Assembly (NCBI RefSeq): GCF_018350175.1
Contig: NC_058368.1
Span: forward strand, 164,178,001 to 164,242,000
Source: Felis catus
Lineage: Eukaryota
DNA: 64,000 nucleotides
Direction of reading: 5' to 3'
Shown here: piece after piece, positions 37,136 to 49,075 of the stretch
How the letters are laid out: each line of letters opens with the position of its first letter
How positions within the stretch are numbered: position 1 is the stretch's first letter
Program-made: the position numbers and the translations under genes
Notes under the pieces: model-generated
The model's input: the letters and a program-made list of their open reading frames with translations, nothing else
Database searches by the model: none
Told to the model about the DNA's origin: nothing

Positions 37136-37485
37136 TACCTTCATAATTTTTCCTTATCTGGGTATCATTTGTAATTGGATTCTCTCTCTCTCTCACTGTC
37201 TCTACACACACACACACACACACCCACACACACACACACACACACATGCATACATTTCAAATCCACTTTTTATACACTGAGTTTTGTTTTACTTAACTTT
37301 TGACAGTAATAAAATGCTCATGTAGTATATATATGTATTTTTGGGGTGGGGTGGGGTGGGACCCACTGCAACCTTTAATTCCAAGCACAGTCCCCCTTCC
37401 CAGCATTATCATACACATGGTGAAATAGGATGTCAGGGTCTAGGCAGGAACAAAACCCAGACCCAGATACACCTATATCTAAGGA

Positions 37486-37486
<1 letters not shown>

Positions 37487-37530
<44 letters not shown>
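37487..37530. repeat. (CAA)n microsatellite
   Basis: Directly visible. Confidence 0.98.
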
Positions 37531-37532
<2 letters not shown>

Positions 37533-37763
37533 GTAAAACCTTGGACTGCCAGTAATTTGCTCTGCCAGTGTTCCGCAAGACAAGCAAACATTTCTAATAA
37601 ATTTTAACTTGATAAATGGGTGATGTCTTGCAATGTGAGGAGCATGTAATGCCGAATGTCACATGATCACATTTGAGCCAATGGTTGTTGAAATTCACTT
37701 TGGTATATGAGTGCTTTGGATTACAAGCATGTTTCCAGAATGAATTATGCTCGCAAACCAAGG

Positions 37764-37770
<7 letters not shown>
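37531..37770. mobile_element. 240-bp Tc1/mariner (Tigger-like) MITE
   Basis: Imperfect terminal inverted repeats CAGTAAAACCTTGG... / ...CCAAGGTTTACTG with the CAGT termini typical of Tiggers. Confidence 0.85.
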
Positions 37771-37802
<32 letters not shown>

Positions 37803-39225
37803 ATATGGATGTATATATATGTAGAATAATGTAAAATTATATACACATATATATTTGTGGAGAAGAAAAAATGATAGTGTGATTTAGGTAGGGCAGAGAG
37901 TTAGGTGAGGATAGCAGGGGTCAGTGCTCCCCCAAATTGTATTCTTTAGAGGGTATGCTGGAGGATGCATGGGTATGAGCGAGACGTGGTAGCCAAGATA
38001 CTGAGACATGTGCTTGTAGCTCTTCTCTTGATCCTGTCCAAAGGAGTCTGAAATCCTGGGTTCTTTCCAGGACCTGGGCTGGTGTTAGAATGTAGAGTTC
38101 TAGTTGACTGTGCCTAGAGGCACAGGCCCTAGAGGCTGGGGTTTTGTATAAGTGACATCTCCAAGATAAGTCAAGGCTTCTGAGAAAGTTATAGTACTGG
38201 AGCAAGGGGCTTTGATGCTTGGGGGTGGCAGGTAAAAGACAGGGTGAACTGGAGGGCAGGGCAGCCTCCCTGCTAGAGCTCTCCCTGAGCTGGAGCCTGC
38301 TCCAGCTAGAGTCAGAGAAGCAGGAGGCCCAGGCACAGGGCAAGCTGTAAAAGGTGAGGTGAGAAGTACTCGGGCACTTGTCTGCCTGGCTGCTTCCCAC
38401 ACTCACCCTCCTCCTACCAGGGCCGAGGGTTCTATCCACCCATTACTCAACACACCTGAGAGGTCTGACCACGAAGCACCATGTTTATTTTTTCTCAGTC
38501 TCTTCTGGGAATCTTCTTATGGGGTGCGGGCAGAGAGAGGGCACAAACATCAACTTTGTGTCTGCTGGAGTCCAGACTGGGTTTACCTTGTGCAGTGAAT
38601 ACCAGGGATGAGAAAGAATACCCCTACTTGTTATGGGGATGAAAGTCGATGTCTCACAACTCTAGGGGCTGCAGAGGTCTTGGCTGCCCCTTCACTTGGG
38701 CAGTGGAGCCAAATCCTCCTTTGCCCCAACCTTCCTGATCCCCTAAGAGATGATCATTCCCCTGCTCACCATGGGATGAGAATGCCTTGGGGTCAGTGAC
38801 CCCCAACTCCAGAGACTTGAAGCAGCAGTGGTGAGTGTCAGCCATGGTGAGTCATGATGGGGCAATCAAAAGAGAGAGGACTTTTTGATAAGTCCTCTCT
38901 TGACAGACACCTCTCAAACTTCATCTGATCCACACCTACAGGGTGAAACTTGATTCATCTCTTATTAATTGCTATCAGCATTTCATAGTGACAGATTTGT
39001 GGGCGTGGCCTTCCAGTCTCACTCTCCATGGACTGAAGTTTGTGGGCTGTAGTTGGCTCACATTGGCCTTGCCATGTTAGGGAGAAAACACTTAGAAGTC
39101 CCAGGGTGCAGTGAGGATTCAAATGGTGTCTGGTTGAGTAAGGACTGGGTTTTCCTCATGTAGGCGATGACTTTTTCATCCCTTCCTTCAAGATTATCTT
39201 CTCAAGTTAGAAAGTCACCTTACTG

Positions 39226-39434
39226 GAGCACTGGGTGGCTCAGTCGGTTAAGCATGAGACTTCAGCTCAGGTCATGATCTCATGATTCTTGGGTTCGAGC
39301 CCTGTGTTGGGGTCTGTGCTGACAGCTCAGAGCCTGGAGCCTGCTTCGAATTCTGTGTCTCCCTTTCTCTCTGCCCTTCGCCCACTCACAATCTGTCTCT
39401 CTCTTTCTTAAATATAAACATTGATTTTTTTTTT
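39226..39434 (+). mobile_element. Can-SINE inserted in the DMTN pseudogene CDS
   Basis: 15-bp TSD AAAGTCACCTTA(C/T)TG at 39211-39225 and 39435-39449 duplicating the (S/N)KVT codons. Confidence 0.95.
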
Positions 39435-41439
39435 AAAGTCACCTTATTGAGTTCCTGTCTCTGTTCATCCCTGGGAGCCTTCATCTCTTCTCTGGAGTTA
39501 TCATCTTCCTCTGCCTCTTTCTGTGATGCCTCTGTTTCTTTAATTCTCCACAGTGACCAGCAACAGAGGGCATGACTAATAATCAGTTCAGTCTTGGTGG
39601 GCATTGGAGTTGGGGGCAGGGCTACAAGGAGCTTGGATGACTCGATGATGAGGTCCTCAATGAAAGGCTTGCTCTGAGGGCTGCCTTCGTGGATTCTCTC
39701 TGCTTGTGGGTGGGTGGCTGCTTGTACGTGTTGGAATCTGAGTAGGATGATGATGGAAATGGGCCAAGCCTGTCTGGGGTAGGGAGATCACAGTGATTCT
39801 TGTGGCTGAAGCCTGGGAGATGATTCTAGGGGTCTGGCTCTCCACCCACACCTCTGGGGATGGTGGAGAGATGTGGATATGGGTGACAGTGAGCTCTTGG
39901 CTTCTGAGCAGTTCCATGTGTTCCAGGAGGTAATAGGGACAGTGGGGCTTGTAGATTATGATGAGGACAGGCTATTCCAGGTCCAGGATGGTTTTGTCCT
40001 TGGGGTTGGCAGTCAAGTCCTTATAGCACAGCACCTTACTGTCCATAGTGTTTGTGTTCTAGCTCTATTATTCCAACTGATGTTAGAATAAATGCATAAC
40101 TAATAAAATATTTTTAAAAGTCCATCCGTGTATTATGTAAAATAAGCCAGGTTACCACCAGCAGTTTGTGATTAATAGTTTGTGAAAATTATTGTTAAAG
40201 AACTATAATACCAACCATAATTTGAAACGATTAAAGACATTGTTTTTTTTAAAAAAATAAATGTTTTATTTTGTAAATGTCTAAAAGTAGGCTACATGTG
40301 GGATTTTTAAACTAGATGCTGCATAGTAAGAACAATGGGCAGTAAATTTGATTGATAGTATTAACATTGCTATATAATTTAGGTCTAAATATATGAACAT
40401 TGATGTATGTATAGATAAATTTAATGTCATATATAATATATGACATAATGTATTATATGAGCTGGCAAACATTTATTGAAATTAAAAAAATGTAACAGAT
40501 GATACGTAAACATGAATTGGAGACATTCAACCAGTTTTCCCTACAACTCAGTTAATAGCCCTGAACAACCCGTAGTGCTTATACTCCAGGAGGTAAAATC
40601 TGTGCATCAACATCAAAATTTGACTGCTTTTATGAATCAACGATTTCATATTTTTTGAAGACTCTCCATTTTTCGCCTTGATCTCTTGAGATACAGTTGT
40701 TTATTTAGTTGTGGCATGGTGGGAGCAGGACCAAACAGTAGATTGGGAAATCAAGAGAACTGCGGCAGAGCCAATACAAGCAGATTTAGGTATACTAATT
40801 AGTGGTTTTCAAGAATGTTACACATAGATGTATTTTCCTAGGAAAGCTTCAGCTAAAAACCAAACCAGACATAGATAGCTGAGTTGGCAAAGAGAGACTT
40901 TGCAGACTGCCGACTCAGTGTTACATTACTTCACAGTTGTTCACTATGAACTTAAGGGCAAACAGGACTCCTTCAGTTTCTGCTTATGAGGACAAAGGGA
41001 AAACCGTCTGTTTTAAGTAGGATGTGGCTTATAGAAGCATCTTATTAAAATGACATTCTCCCTGTGGGCATATGTATTAAGAACCAGTTCACCCAGCCTA
41101 AAATCAATTACTTCTGCCTATGGCAAAGAAAGTCTGAGTTAAACATAATTCTCAGAGGTAGTTAGCATTCCATTGAAGGTTATTGCTTCCATCCAAGAGA
41201 GGAGTTACCCAATTTAATCAATTCTCTGAGTGTTAAACCTCATATAGTAAACAACTTAAATTATAAACAGTGCATTATTAAGTATAACAATTAAGACACA
41301 CTGTGCTTTAACTAGATAATTCACAGAGTAATCAATGGTTAGTCAGAGAGTTCTGGTGGTTTAATACTTATTTGAACTTTTATTCAGAAGTGAACAGAAA
41401 ACACCTTTGCATATTAACTTGTTTCCATGACTTAGACTT

Positions 41440-42035
41440 GCCCTCCTCTTAGATGTTTTGCACTTTGCAGTCAGTGTTTTCTTCCCAAAGGAAAAGATTA
41501 GGCTGCCCTTCTGCTTAAAATATTCACATTGTTCTTCTGAGCTCTTTTGGTAGAATTCAAACACATTTACATGGCTTAGTGGGTGCTTCATGATCGCCCT
41601 ATTGCTTCTCTAGCCTCATTTCTCTCTGTACCTCTCTCAATCTCCTCTCCCTTTCTTCGACTTGAATTCTACACTCTGGTCATTCTGGATATCTTTTTAT
41701 GTCTTCAAACATGATGTAATCTCTCACTTCTGGACATTAACGTAGGCTGTTGCATCTTCAGAGACTTTCTTCTGCTTTTTGCCTGACTTATTTCATCATT
41801 TAGGTTTCAACATAGATACCAATTCCACTGGACATCTTTCCCTGATTGGCCAAGAATGGATTGGTATTCTTTCTGCATAGTCCCATAATACTCTGTTTTA
41901 CACCAATCATAGGTCTCTCCGTGTTGACCTTGCTGTTTTATTTAATCCTATGCCTATTTTTTTTTTCACACTATTGTGTTCCTGCTAGGTATTAAGCAGG
42001 CAGTAGTTGCTCAAAAAAATATTTATTGAATGATT
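41440..42035 (+). mobile_element. L2 3' end
   Basis: Pyrimidine-rich body ending TAGTTGCTCAAAAAAATATTTATTGAATGATTG. Confidence 0.7.
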
Positions 42036-42346
42036 GCATGATACACTCTTCGTTAATGTAAAGGTGTTTCCTAGTCTCTTAGTTAATATGGAAATGATTC
42101 TCAGCACACCCCAGAAATTTGATCCACTTCCATTAGAAGCAATGGCTTACTTTGTAGTGGTTTTAATGGCAAATGGGAGGCATAGGAAGTTCTTCATTAT
42201 ACGAGGTGCATGTGTATGGGGTGTTATTTAGTTTGAAAAGTTCCCAGGTAACTCTGATATGTTCCTTTGCAGCAATTTAGCTTCTGAACTAGATTCAGTC
42301 TTTTAAGCACAGACATTTGAGCTTTTCCTAAGTCAGCTACATTTTA

Positions 42347-42527
42347 TTTATTTTTATTTTATTTATTTTTGAGAGAGAGAGAAAGAGAGACAGAGATACA
42401 GGACAGAGGATACCAAGCAGGGGCTCTGACAGCAGCAAGATGGATGTGGAGCTTGAACTCATGAACTGTGAAATCATGATCTAAGCTGAAGTTGGATGCT
42501 CAACTAACTGAGTCACCCAGACACCCC
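42347..42527 (-). mobile_element. Can-SINE
   Basis: Antisense head; flanking TCAGCTA(C/T)ATTTTA repeat. Confidence 0.9.
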
Positions 42528-43045
42528 TATCTATATCAGCTATATTTTAAATACAACTTGAAAGTCTTTATACATAAACTTTGGGGAGGGGAGGGGAAAA
42601 AGAAGACGTTATCATTTGGATGTTACAAAAATAGAAAATGGCTAACTAATTAATGTGCCTCCATTTTCCCGCAGTCTGGTTTTAATAGTTTCATTCCTCA
42701 TTTGGGAATTCTTTTACTTTCCATTAACGTGAGATCTGAGGGTACTATTGTTAATGGCTCCTTCAAGAACATGACTTAGTTGTACTAGACCCCTCTTCTT
42801 AAGGGCTAAATGGAGGTGCTTGTTAGGTTCTAGTGTTTACCCAGATAGCATGAATTTTAAACTACAGCCAGAAATCTTACTGATAAGCAGCTACAGTATC
42901 TTTTTTCTAGTTAGAGTTCATTAAAATATTTGGGCCATGTATTCATACTAGAAAATGAAATAACTTACGGATATTAGAAAGGAAGATGTTTAGAAATAAA
43001 AAGAGACCACATAATGGCTTTTGGAATCATCAGCCTTTAAAACAA

Positions 43046-43229
43046 TTTTTTTTTAACGTTTATTCATTTTTGATAGACGGAGACAGAGTGTGAGTGGGGG
43101 AGGGGCAGAGAGAGAGAGGGAGACACAGCATCCAAAGCAGGCTCCAGGCTCTGAGCTGTTGGCACAGAGCCCGATGCAGGGCTTGAACCCACAAACCGTG
43201 ACATCATGACCTTAGCCATCCAGACTCCC
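43046..43229 (-). mobile_element. Can-SINE with truncated head
   Basis: Body and tail present; flanking GAATCATCAGC repeat. Confidence 0.9.
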
Positions 43230-43657
43230 AAGAATCATCAGCTTTTATGGATAGATTAGTAGGTGGCTTCAGAAGCTTCAAAATTCTCTTATATCAGTAA
43301 GGAATTGGTAGCTACTGGTTTAATCCTAGACAGGATTTACTGAAGTATTGGGAATGTATAAGGGGAAAATGGTCTTAATGAGCTATTTTTAAAGTTTTTA
43401 CACCCTATATCTTAGAGAAAGAATGCTTTTATAGAGAACTTACTATTTGTGACAAATCATTGAGGTAGATGATGGATTGGTTGATCAATGGTATGGAGAT
43501 GGGAGGCTCACCTCTCAGAAAGCAAATTTGACTCCTGTATCACACAGCATAAATTCATTGATGACTTATGTGCAAGAAGTGTTTTACAGTGCTAGAGCAA
43601 AATATAGATAAATTGTATAAGTATTGACATTAGTAAGTCATTTAAAAACATAACACC

Positions 43658-43872
43658 GGGGCGCCTGGGTGGCGCAGTCAGTTAAGCGTCCGACTTCAGC
43701 CAGGTCACGATCTAGCGGTCCGTGAGTTCGAGCCCCGCGTCGGGCTCTGGGCTGATGGCTCAGAGCCTGGAGCCTGTTTCCGATTCTGTGTCTCCCTCTC
43801 TCTGCCCCTCGCCCGTTCATGCTCTGTCTCTCTCTGTCCCAAAAATAAAAATAAAAAAAATAATAAAAAAAA
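43658..43872 (+). mobile_element. Young SINEC_Fc
   Basis: CpG-intact; perfect 15-bp TSD TAAAAACATAACACC at 43643-43657 and 43873-43887. Confidence 0.97.
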
Positions 43873-44397
43873 TAAAAACATAACACCAAAAGCCAAAGTC
43901 ATCATAAATCTCTCTAGTAAAATTTATCACAAAAAGTTAAAAAAAATATTTAGTTTTCTCTCATATGTCACATATATATATTTGAGGAAATATTTGAAAA
44001 ATATATAATTAATAAATATTATAAATATATACTTAGCAAAGTTCTTAATTTATAATGAAATGTCACAAAGAGGACATAAAATGAAAAAATGAAAATTTTT
44101 ATGTTAAAGGGCTAAATAAATGCTTCATACATGCAGAAGAATAACCAGTAACAGCAAAACTGTAAATATTGAAAATCACTAGCAACGTAAGAAGATACCT
44201 TATAAAAATGCTATATAATTTGCATCCTTTTGGACAAAGAACAAAAATCTTGGTAATACTGTACTTTATCAGTGGTATAGGCAGAAATATACTCTAATAC
44301 AAGCTGTGGCATGCATAGATATTCTTAAAAATATTCAATTCTATTGGCATTGAAAGTTTGCATCCAGCATTTATTATTGTAAAAATACAAGTGAATT

Positions 44398-44612
44398 GGG
44401 GTGCCTGGGCGGTTCAGTCAATTGAGTGTCCGACTTCAGCTCAGGTCATGATCTCGCAGTTGACAAGTTCAAGCCCCACATCAGACTCTGTGTTGGTAGC
44501 TCAGAGCCTGGAACCTGCTTCAGATTCTGTCTCCCTCTCTCTCTCTGCCCTTCCCCCACTCGCACTTTGTCTCTCTCTCTCTCTCAAAAATAAATAAACA
44601 TTAAAAAATTTA
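44398..44612 (+). mobile_element. Can-SINE
   Basis: 18-bp TSD TAAAAATA(C/T)AAGTGAATT at 44380-44397 and 44613-44630. Confidence 0.95.
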
Positions 44613-44718
44613 TAAAAATATAAGTGAATTAATGCTAAAGATGCATGTACAGAGATGTTATTGTAAATACAAAATGTTATGTTACATGGGAGCACATTAG
44701 TCTATTTTATTCTGTTTT

Positions 44719-44742
44719 TTGTTCTTTTAGATGTTTATTTTT

Positions 44743-44776
<34 letters not shown>

Positions 44777-44948
44777 CAGAGAAGAAGTGGGGAAGGGGCA
44801 GAGAAAGAGGGAGACACAGAATCTGAAGCAGGCTCCAGGCTTCGAGCTGGCAGCACAGAGCCCAACGTGGGGGTTGAACTCACGAGCTGTGAGATCATGA
44901 CCTGAGCCCAAATCGGACGCTTAACTGACTGAGCCACCCAGGCGCCCC
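44719..44948 (-). mobile_element. Can-SINE
   Basis: 16-bp TSD TATTTTATTC(T/C)GTTTT at 44703-44718 and 44949-44964. Confidence 0.95.
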
Positions 44949-45680
44949 TATTTTATTCCGTTTTATGAAAATTATCTAGAATAGTGTCTGGCACATGGTA
45001 GGTACTCAATGAATATTTAGTTTTGTTATACTTGTTTGTAATGATGATAAAAAGCAATGTAAATGTTTAAAATATAGAAATTGTTATATAAATTAGGATA
45101 CATTCAATAAATACACTTTTATGCAGTTATTTAAAAGAAAGACATGAAAAGAAATGTGTTCTGCAAAGACTTTCATTATGCATTAAATATATATACATAT
45201 GTAATTTAAAAAGCAGGTAACTTAACATGATGCTTAGTATGGTCTCATGTTTGCAAATATTTGAAAACAGTGTTCACTAAAAGGTTAACCGTGGTGAGAT
45301 ATCATGTAATATTATTTATTTTTTCTAATGTCACATTGTTATGTATTACTTGCCAAATAAAATAATAAAATGAATTCGTAAAAAGTTCATGTTAATAATT
45401 CTCCACAGCTTATGGAAACACATTTCATACTCATTAATATGGCTGAAGGTTTCTGTGATCTTACTCCCATTGTCCTTTGCATTTTAATCAACTACTTTCT
45501 CTTTATGTACCCTTTGTTCCAGGCAATCTGAGCCCCTAACCCATCCACAAAGGTGACTTCATTCTATTATGTCCATTTTAATGTGGCTTAAAATATTCTC
45601 TTTTTTCTGAAAAGCCATTAACTTTTATTTCTGTTGAAATTATTTTATTTCTCCAAGATGTATCTTAATAAAATCTTCGA

Positions 45681-45688
45681 TTTAAAAA

Positions 45689-45738
<50 letters not shown>

Positions 45739-45952
45739 TTTTTTTATTTTTGAGAGACAGAGAGAGAGAGAGAGAGACAGAGACAGAGTGTAAGTGAGGG
45801 AGGGGAAGAGATAGAGGGAGACAGAATTCGAAGCAGGCTCCAGGCTCTGAGCTGTCAGCACAGAGCCCCACGAGGGGCTCACACCCACAAATGGTGAAAT
45901 TATGACCTGAGCCAAAGTTGGACACTTAACCGACTGAGCCACCCAGGCATCC
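45681..45952 (-). mobile_element. Can-SINE with a (TA)n expansion in its tail
   Basis: Antisense SINE; (TA)n at ~45697-45737. Confidence 0.94.
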
Positions 45953-48719
45953 AACAAAATAGAAGTTTTAATTTAAATATTTTTTCACTCTTCCAATCAT
46001 TTTGTATCTCTCTTATGGCATTTAGCACTTTATATATTTGTGTTTTCTAAACATGTAATTTTCATTCATAAAATACATTTTTAGATGATATGGACTAATG
46101 TCTTTTTTATAATTTTATACTGTATAATGCCTAGCAAAACATCTTGAATAGATGACTTTTTGGAATTACTGAGAAGATGTCAGAAAAAGCTGAAATACAG
46201 TCATATGCTTATAGAAGGAAAAAGTGGAAAAGATCATGTTTACAAGGTAGCTTAACATTCTAAAGGGAAATTTCAAAATATTTGGCAAGTTTTTATTTCA
46301 CCAGCCACATAAGAGTTTATGTATATATTCTCAAATGTAACGAATTCAAGTACTGAGCATTGGAATGAGGGATATTTTTAAACCAATGTTTTATTCATTC
46401 TTGGTCATTGTTTTGTTTCATTTTGCAGCAATTAATATATGTCAGTGCTCTTATCAGATCACAAATGCAGGAGTAAGAGCAAATGTAATTTTGAAGCTCT
46501 CCTGCATGAGAGATTTGGAACTGATATATGCCTGAAGAGTTTTTGTGATTTTCTCTAACTTCCAAATATCTGAAATCTTTTTGAGCTGATCCATTTGAGA
46601 ATTTAAGACCAGAAAGTTTAGATAAGCATCTTAGGAATTATGACTATGTTTCCTCAAATGTGGCAGGTGTGCAGCACTTTATTTTGGCTTTCACACAGAA
46701 TCTTAATCCATGCAGGAAGTATGCCACTTTATCTGTCTCAGTCATTAGTTCTACTGACACCACTAAGTTGGGAGATCCAAATGCAATCACGAACAGCACA
46801 CACCTGTTTAATACTTAACAGCTCTTGTCATGGTGGTCATTTAAAAGGAAGGTGGCTCCAGATGTATCCTTATTTCCTGGGCAAGTCATCGTAGGGTTGG
46901 TACATTTCCCCCCCGAGACACTCGTTTGACTTTGCTCCTGTGCCCACCGTGTCCTTTGACTTCTCCATTAGCCAGCAGTCATTCAGCTGTGAGCTCCCTG
47001 TTGCCTCAGCTGGAACCTCAAAGCTCTCTGAACTTACAGTAATCAGATGCTCCAGGACTAGCTGTTTTTATTTCAAGAATGGCCAAGTAGATATGTGTTA
47101 GACTTGGGTGTATGAAAGAGTCAAAGCAAAACAGCCTGTTCTACAGTGAAAAACAGGGAGGCCTCGCGATGAGTTGCCCCAATTCTCTGAGCTGGGGATA
47201 AACAGGGCTGATTCATTGTGAAAGCATCTTTGCTCAGATCTCCTTACAGTGCTTAAAGAGGTTGCCCCAACTGTCCTCAGGTATGAACCAGAGAATATAC
47301 TACAGCCCAGGGAAAGGGTTGATCGCAGCTGTCCTACTGAGAGCAGGCCTTTTTCTTTATCATCAACAGCAACAACAATAACAGCAACTGTCACCACCAC
47401 AAAATAAGGTATTTTCTGTTTTTTACTTATACCCACAATGCATGTCTAGTCAGATTGCACGTTTGCCTGGAGAACACCACTAAAATGCTCTCAGGCCAGT
47501 GTTTGATGTTACTCCTATCATTATGCTGTAATGTTGCAGATGTGATCATGGATATTTAAAAAACATTGTTGAATTGTATTGTAATTTGCCTTTCTTCTCT
47601 GTTTTCAAAACTCAAGCATTTTAACAGTTCAGAAAAATATTTTAGGGTTTCATTTTTTTTCCATATTAAGACAACGTATGCCTGTAGCATTATTTAAGAA
47701 AATGGTGTTTTTCTCCTTCAGACCCCAATTTCAGCTCATTATCAGAGAGCTGAATTCTAAATCAAAATTGTGGAGGAGAGATGTGCAACCTGAATAAAAC
47801 ATTTCCAGAAGAGCCTGAATAACAATCTTGAATAAAGAGAACTGAAATGTTCTTGAATGATAATTGGAAAAAAATTAAGTATGTGTACTCAGGAACATAT
47901 GTACTAAGAAGAGGTTAGTTATTACTATTCTTTGTGCTATTTAACATTTATGGGGCCCCAAAAGTATTTTTAGCTCTGAATTGAACAGAAGTGGTCTGAT
48001 AAGTGAGCTCCCATCTAAATTACCCATGTGGAGATTCACCTGTAATCATTCTCTGTGCAGAGAGAGGCAGCATTGATAAACAACTCCCGAACAAGTGGAC
48101 TGTTAATGCAGCCCTATAGTCTAACTCAGAGCAAAAGAACACAATTAGTTCAGACAAACATGGCCTTTAAAAACATCATTTGACCCTTTTTTTTCTTTTA
48201 CCTAATTGTTCTGTGACAGGGCATTCAGAAATTAGCAAACACATTTGTCAGATTTATACAAGATTCCTGAGAAATTGGAGAAAGAAGTAAAAATGGATTG
48301 AAGAAGACTCAAGATTAGAGTCAATCTCTGATCCCACAGGCTTTATGGTCTACAGGTAAGTAAAGGAATATCTTTTCTTCTTTGTCTCATATCAGTGATA
48401 TAGAGTAAATAGTGATAGCTACTTTTGAGAAACTGTCTCTGATACTTAATTCTGAAAAGCTATGGTTGGAAACTTTCTGATGTAATGAATATTATAGTCC
48501 AGAGGAAATTAAAAAATAAGAAAACTTAATCCTATGATAATGAAATGTTAGAGTTAAGAAAGGTAGATATATGAGCCATGATAGACCCTATAAGCAAGAA
48601 TACAGGCTTCTATGTGTAAATTTCTGTGCCTGTTACTTTATACGCACGAAAGTAAAAAATGGTCCTATCACCTAAGAAGGAACTAAACATCCACCAATAA
48701 TCTTAATACAGGAGGCCCT

Positions 48720-49075
48720 TTGAATTCTGAGCTAAGAAGTATGGATTTTACTCTCTAGGCATCGGGGAGCTGTTGTGACTATCTGAACAGGTGAGTGACA
48801 TGTCCAGAATTACGTTTTATGAAGATTAACCTGATGGCATATTCAGGATTGATTAGCGTGAAGCCTGTATTGTGACAGAACAGATTGTGGTAATGCAGGT
48901 CTGAAATATGGTGGTGGCAATGAGAGTAGAAAGGAAGAAATTGATCTGAGAGATCCATGACAGTGGAACTACAGGACTTGATTATTAAATATGTGACCTG
49001 AAGTAGGGAGACGTCAGTGATGACTCCAGACACTTTGAGACTGGATGAGAAATCAAGTATGGAAGGGAAAGAGTG
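48720..49075 (-). mobile_element. L2 fragment
   Basis: GGATTTTACTCTCTAGGC..GAACAGGTGAGTGACATG..TTGATTATTAAATATGTG..GATGACTCCAGA. Confidence 0.72.

Larger units (their letters stand above)
37340..40046 (-). pseudogene. DMTN: Processed dematin pseudogene (CDS remnant 40046-38866; 3'UTR to ~37340), 5'-truncated and heavily decayed
   Basis: MDSKVLCYKDLTANPKDKTILDLE, PPSPEVWVESQTPRIISQAS, IEDLIIESSK, EEDDNSREEMKA..QRQELNKVT, YEMLIAINK..GVDQMKFERCLSREDLS match recalled dematin contiguously with no introns; ATTAAA on minus strand at 37374-37379. Confidence 0.93.
43888..45360 (+). mobile_element. Very old L1M 3' remnant hosting SINEs
   Basis: A-rich with weak L1 3' motifs (AAAATCTTGGTAATAC, GGATACATTCAAT..ATGCAGTTATTTAAAAG). 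Confidence 0.5.

Noticed and set aside
37921..38845. Overlapping 63-172-aa ORFs in GC-rich sequence
   Set aside because: They lie in the 3'UTR part of the DMTN retrocopy; no recognisable protein.
40240..40700. Possible further retrocopy 3'UTR (T-run and TTTATT)
   Set aside because: No TSD and no coding match; consistent with AT-rich background.
47098..47436. 112-aa ORF and nearby splice-like sites
   Set aside because: No recognisable protein; partly a CAA-rich low-complexity run.
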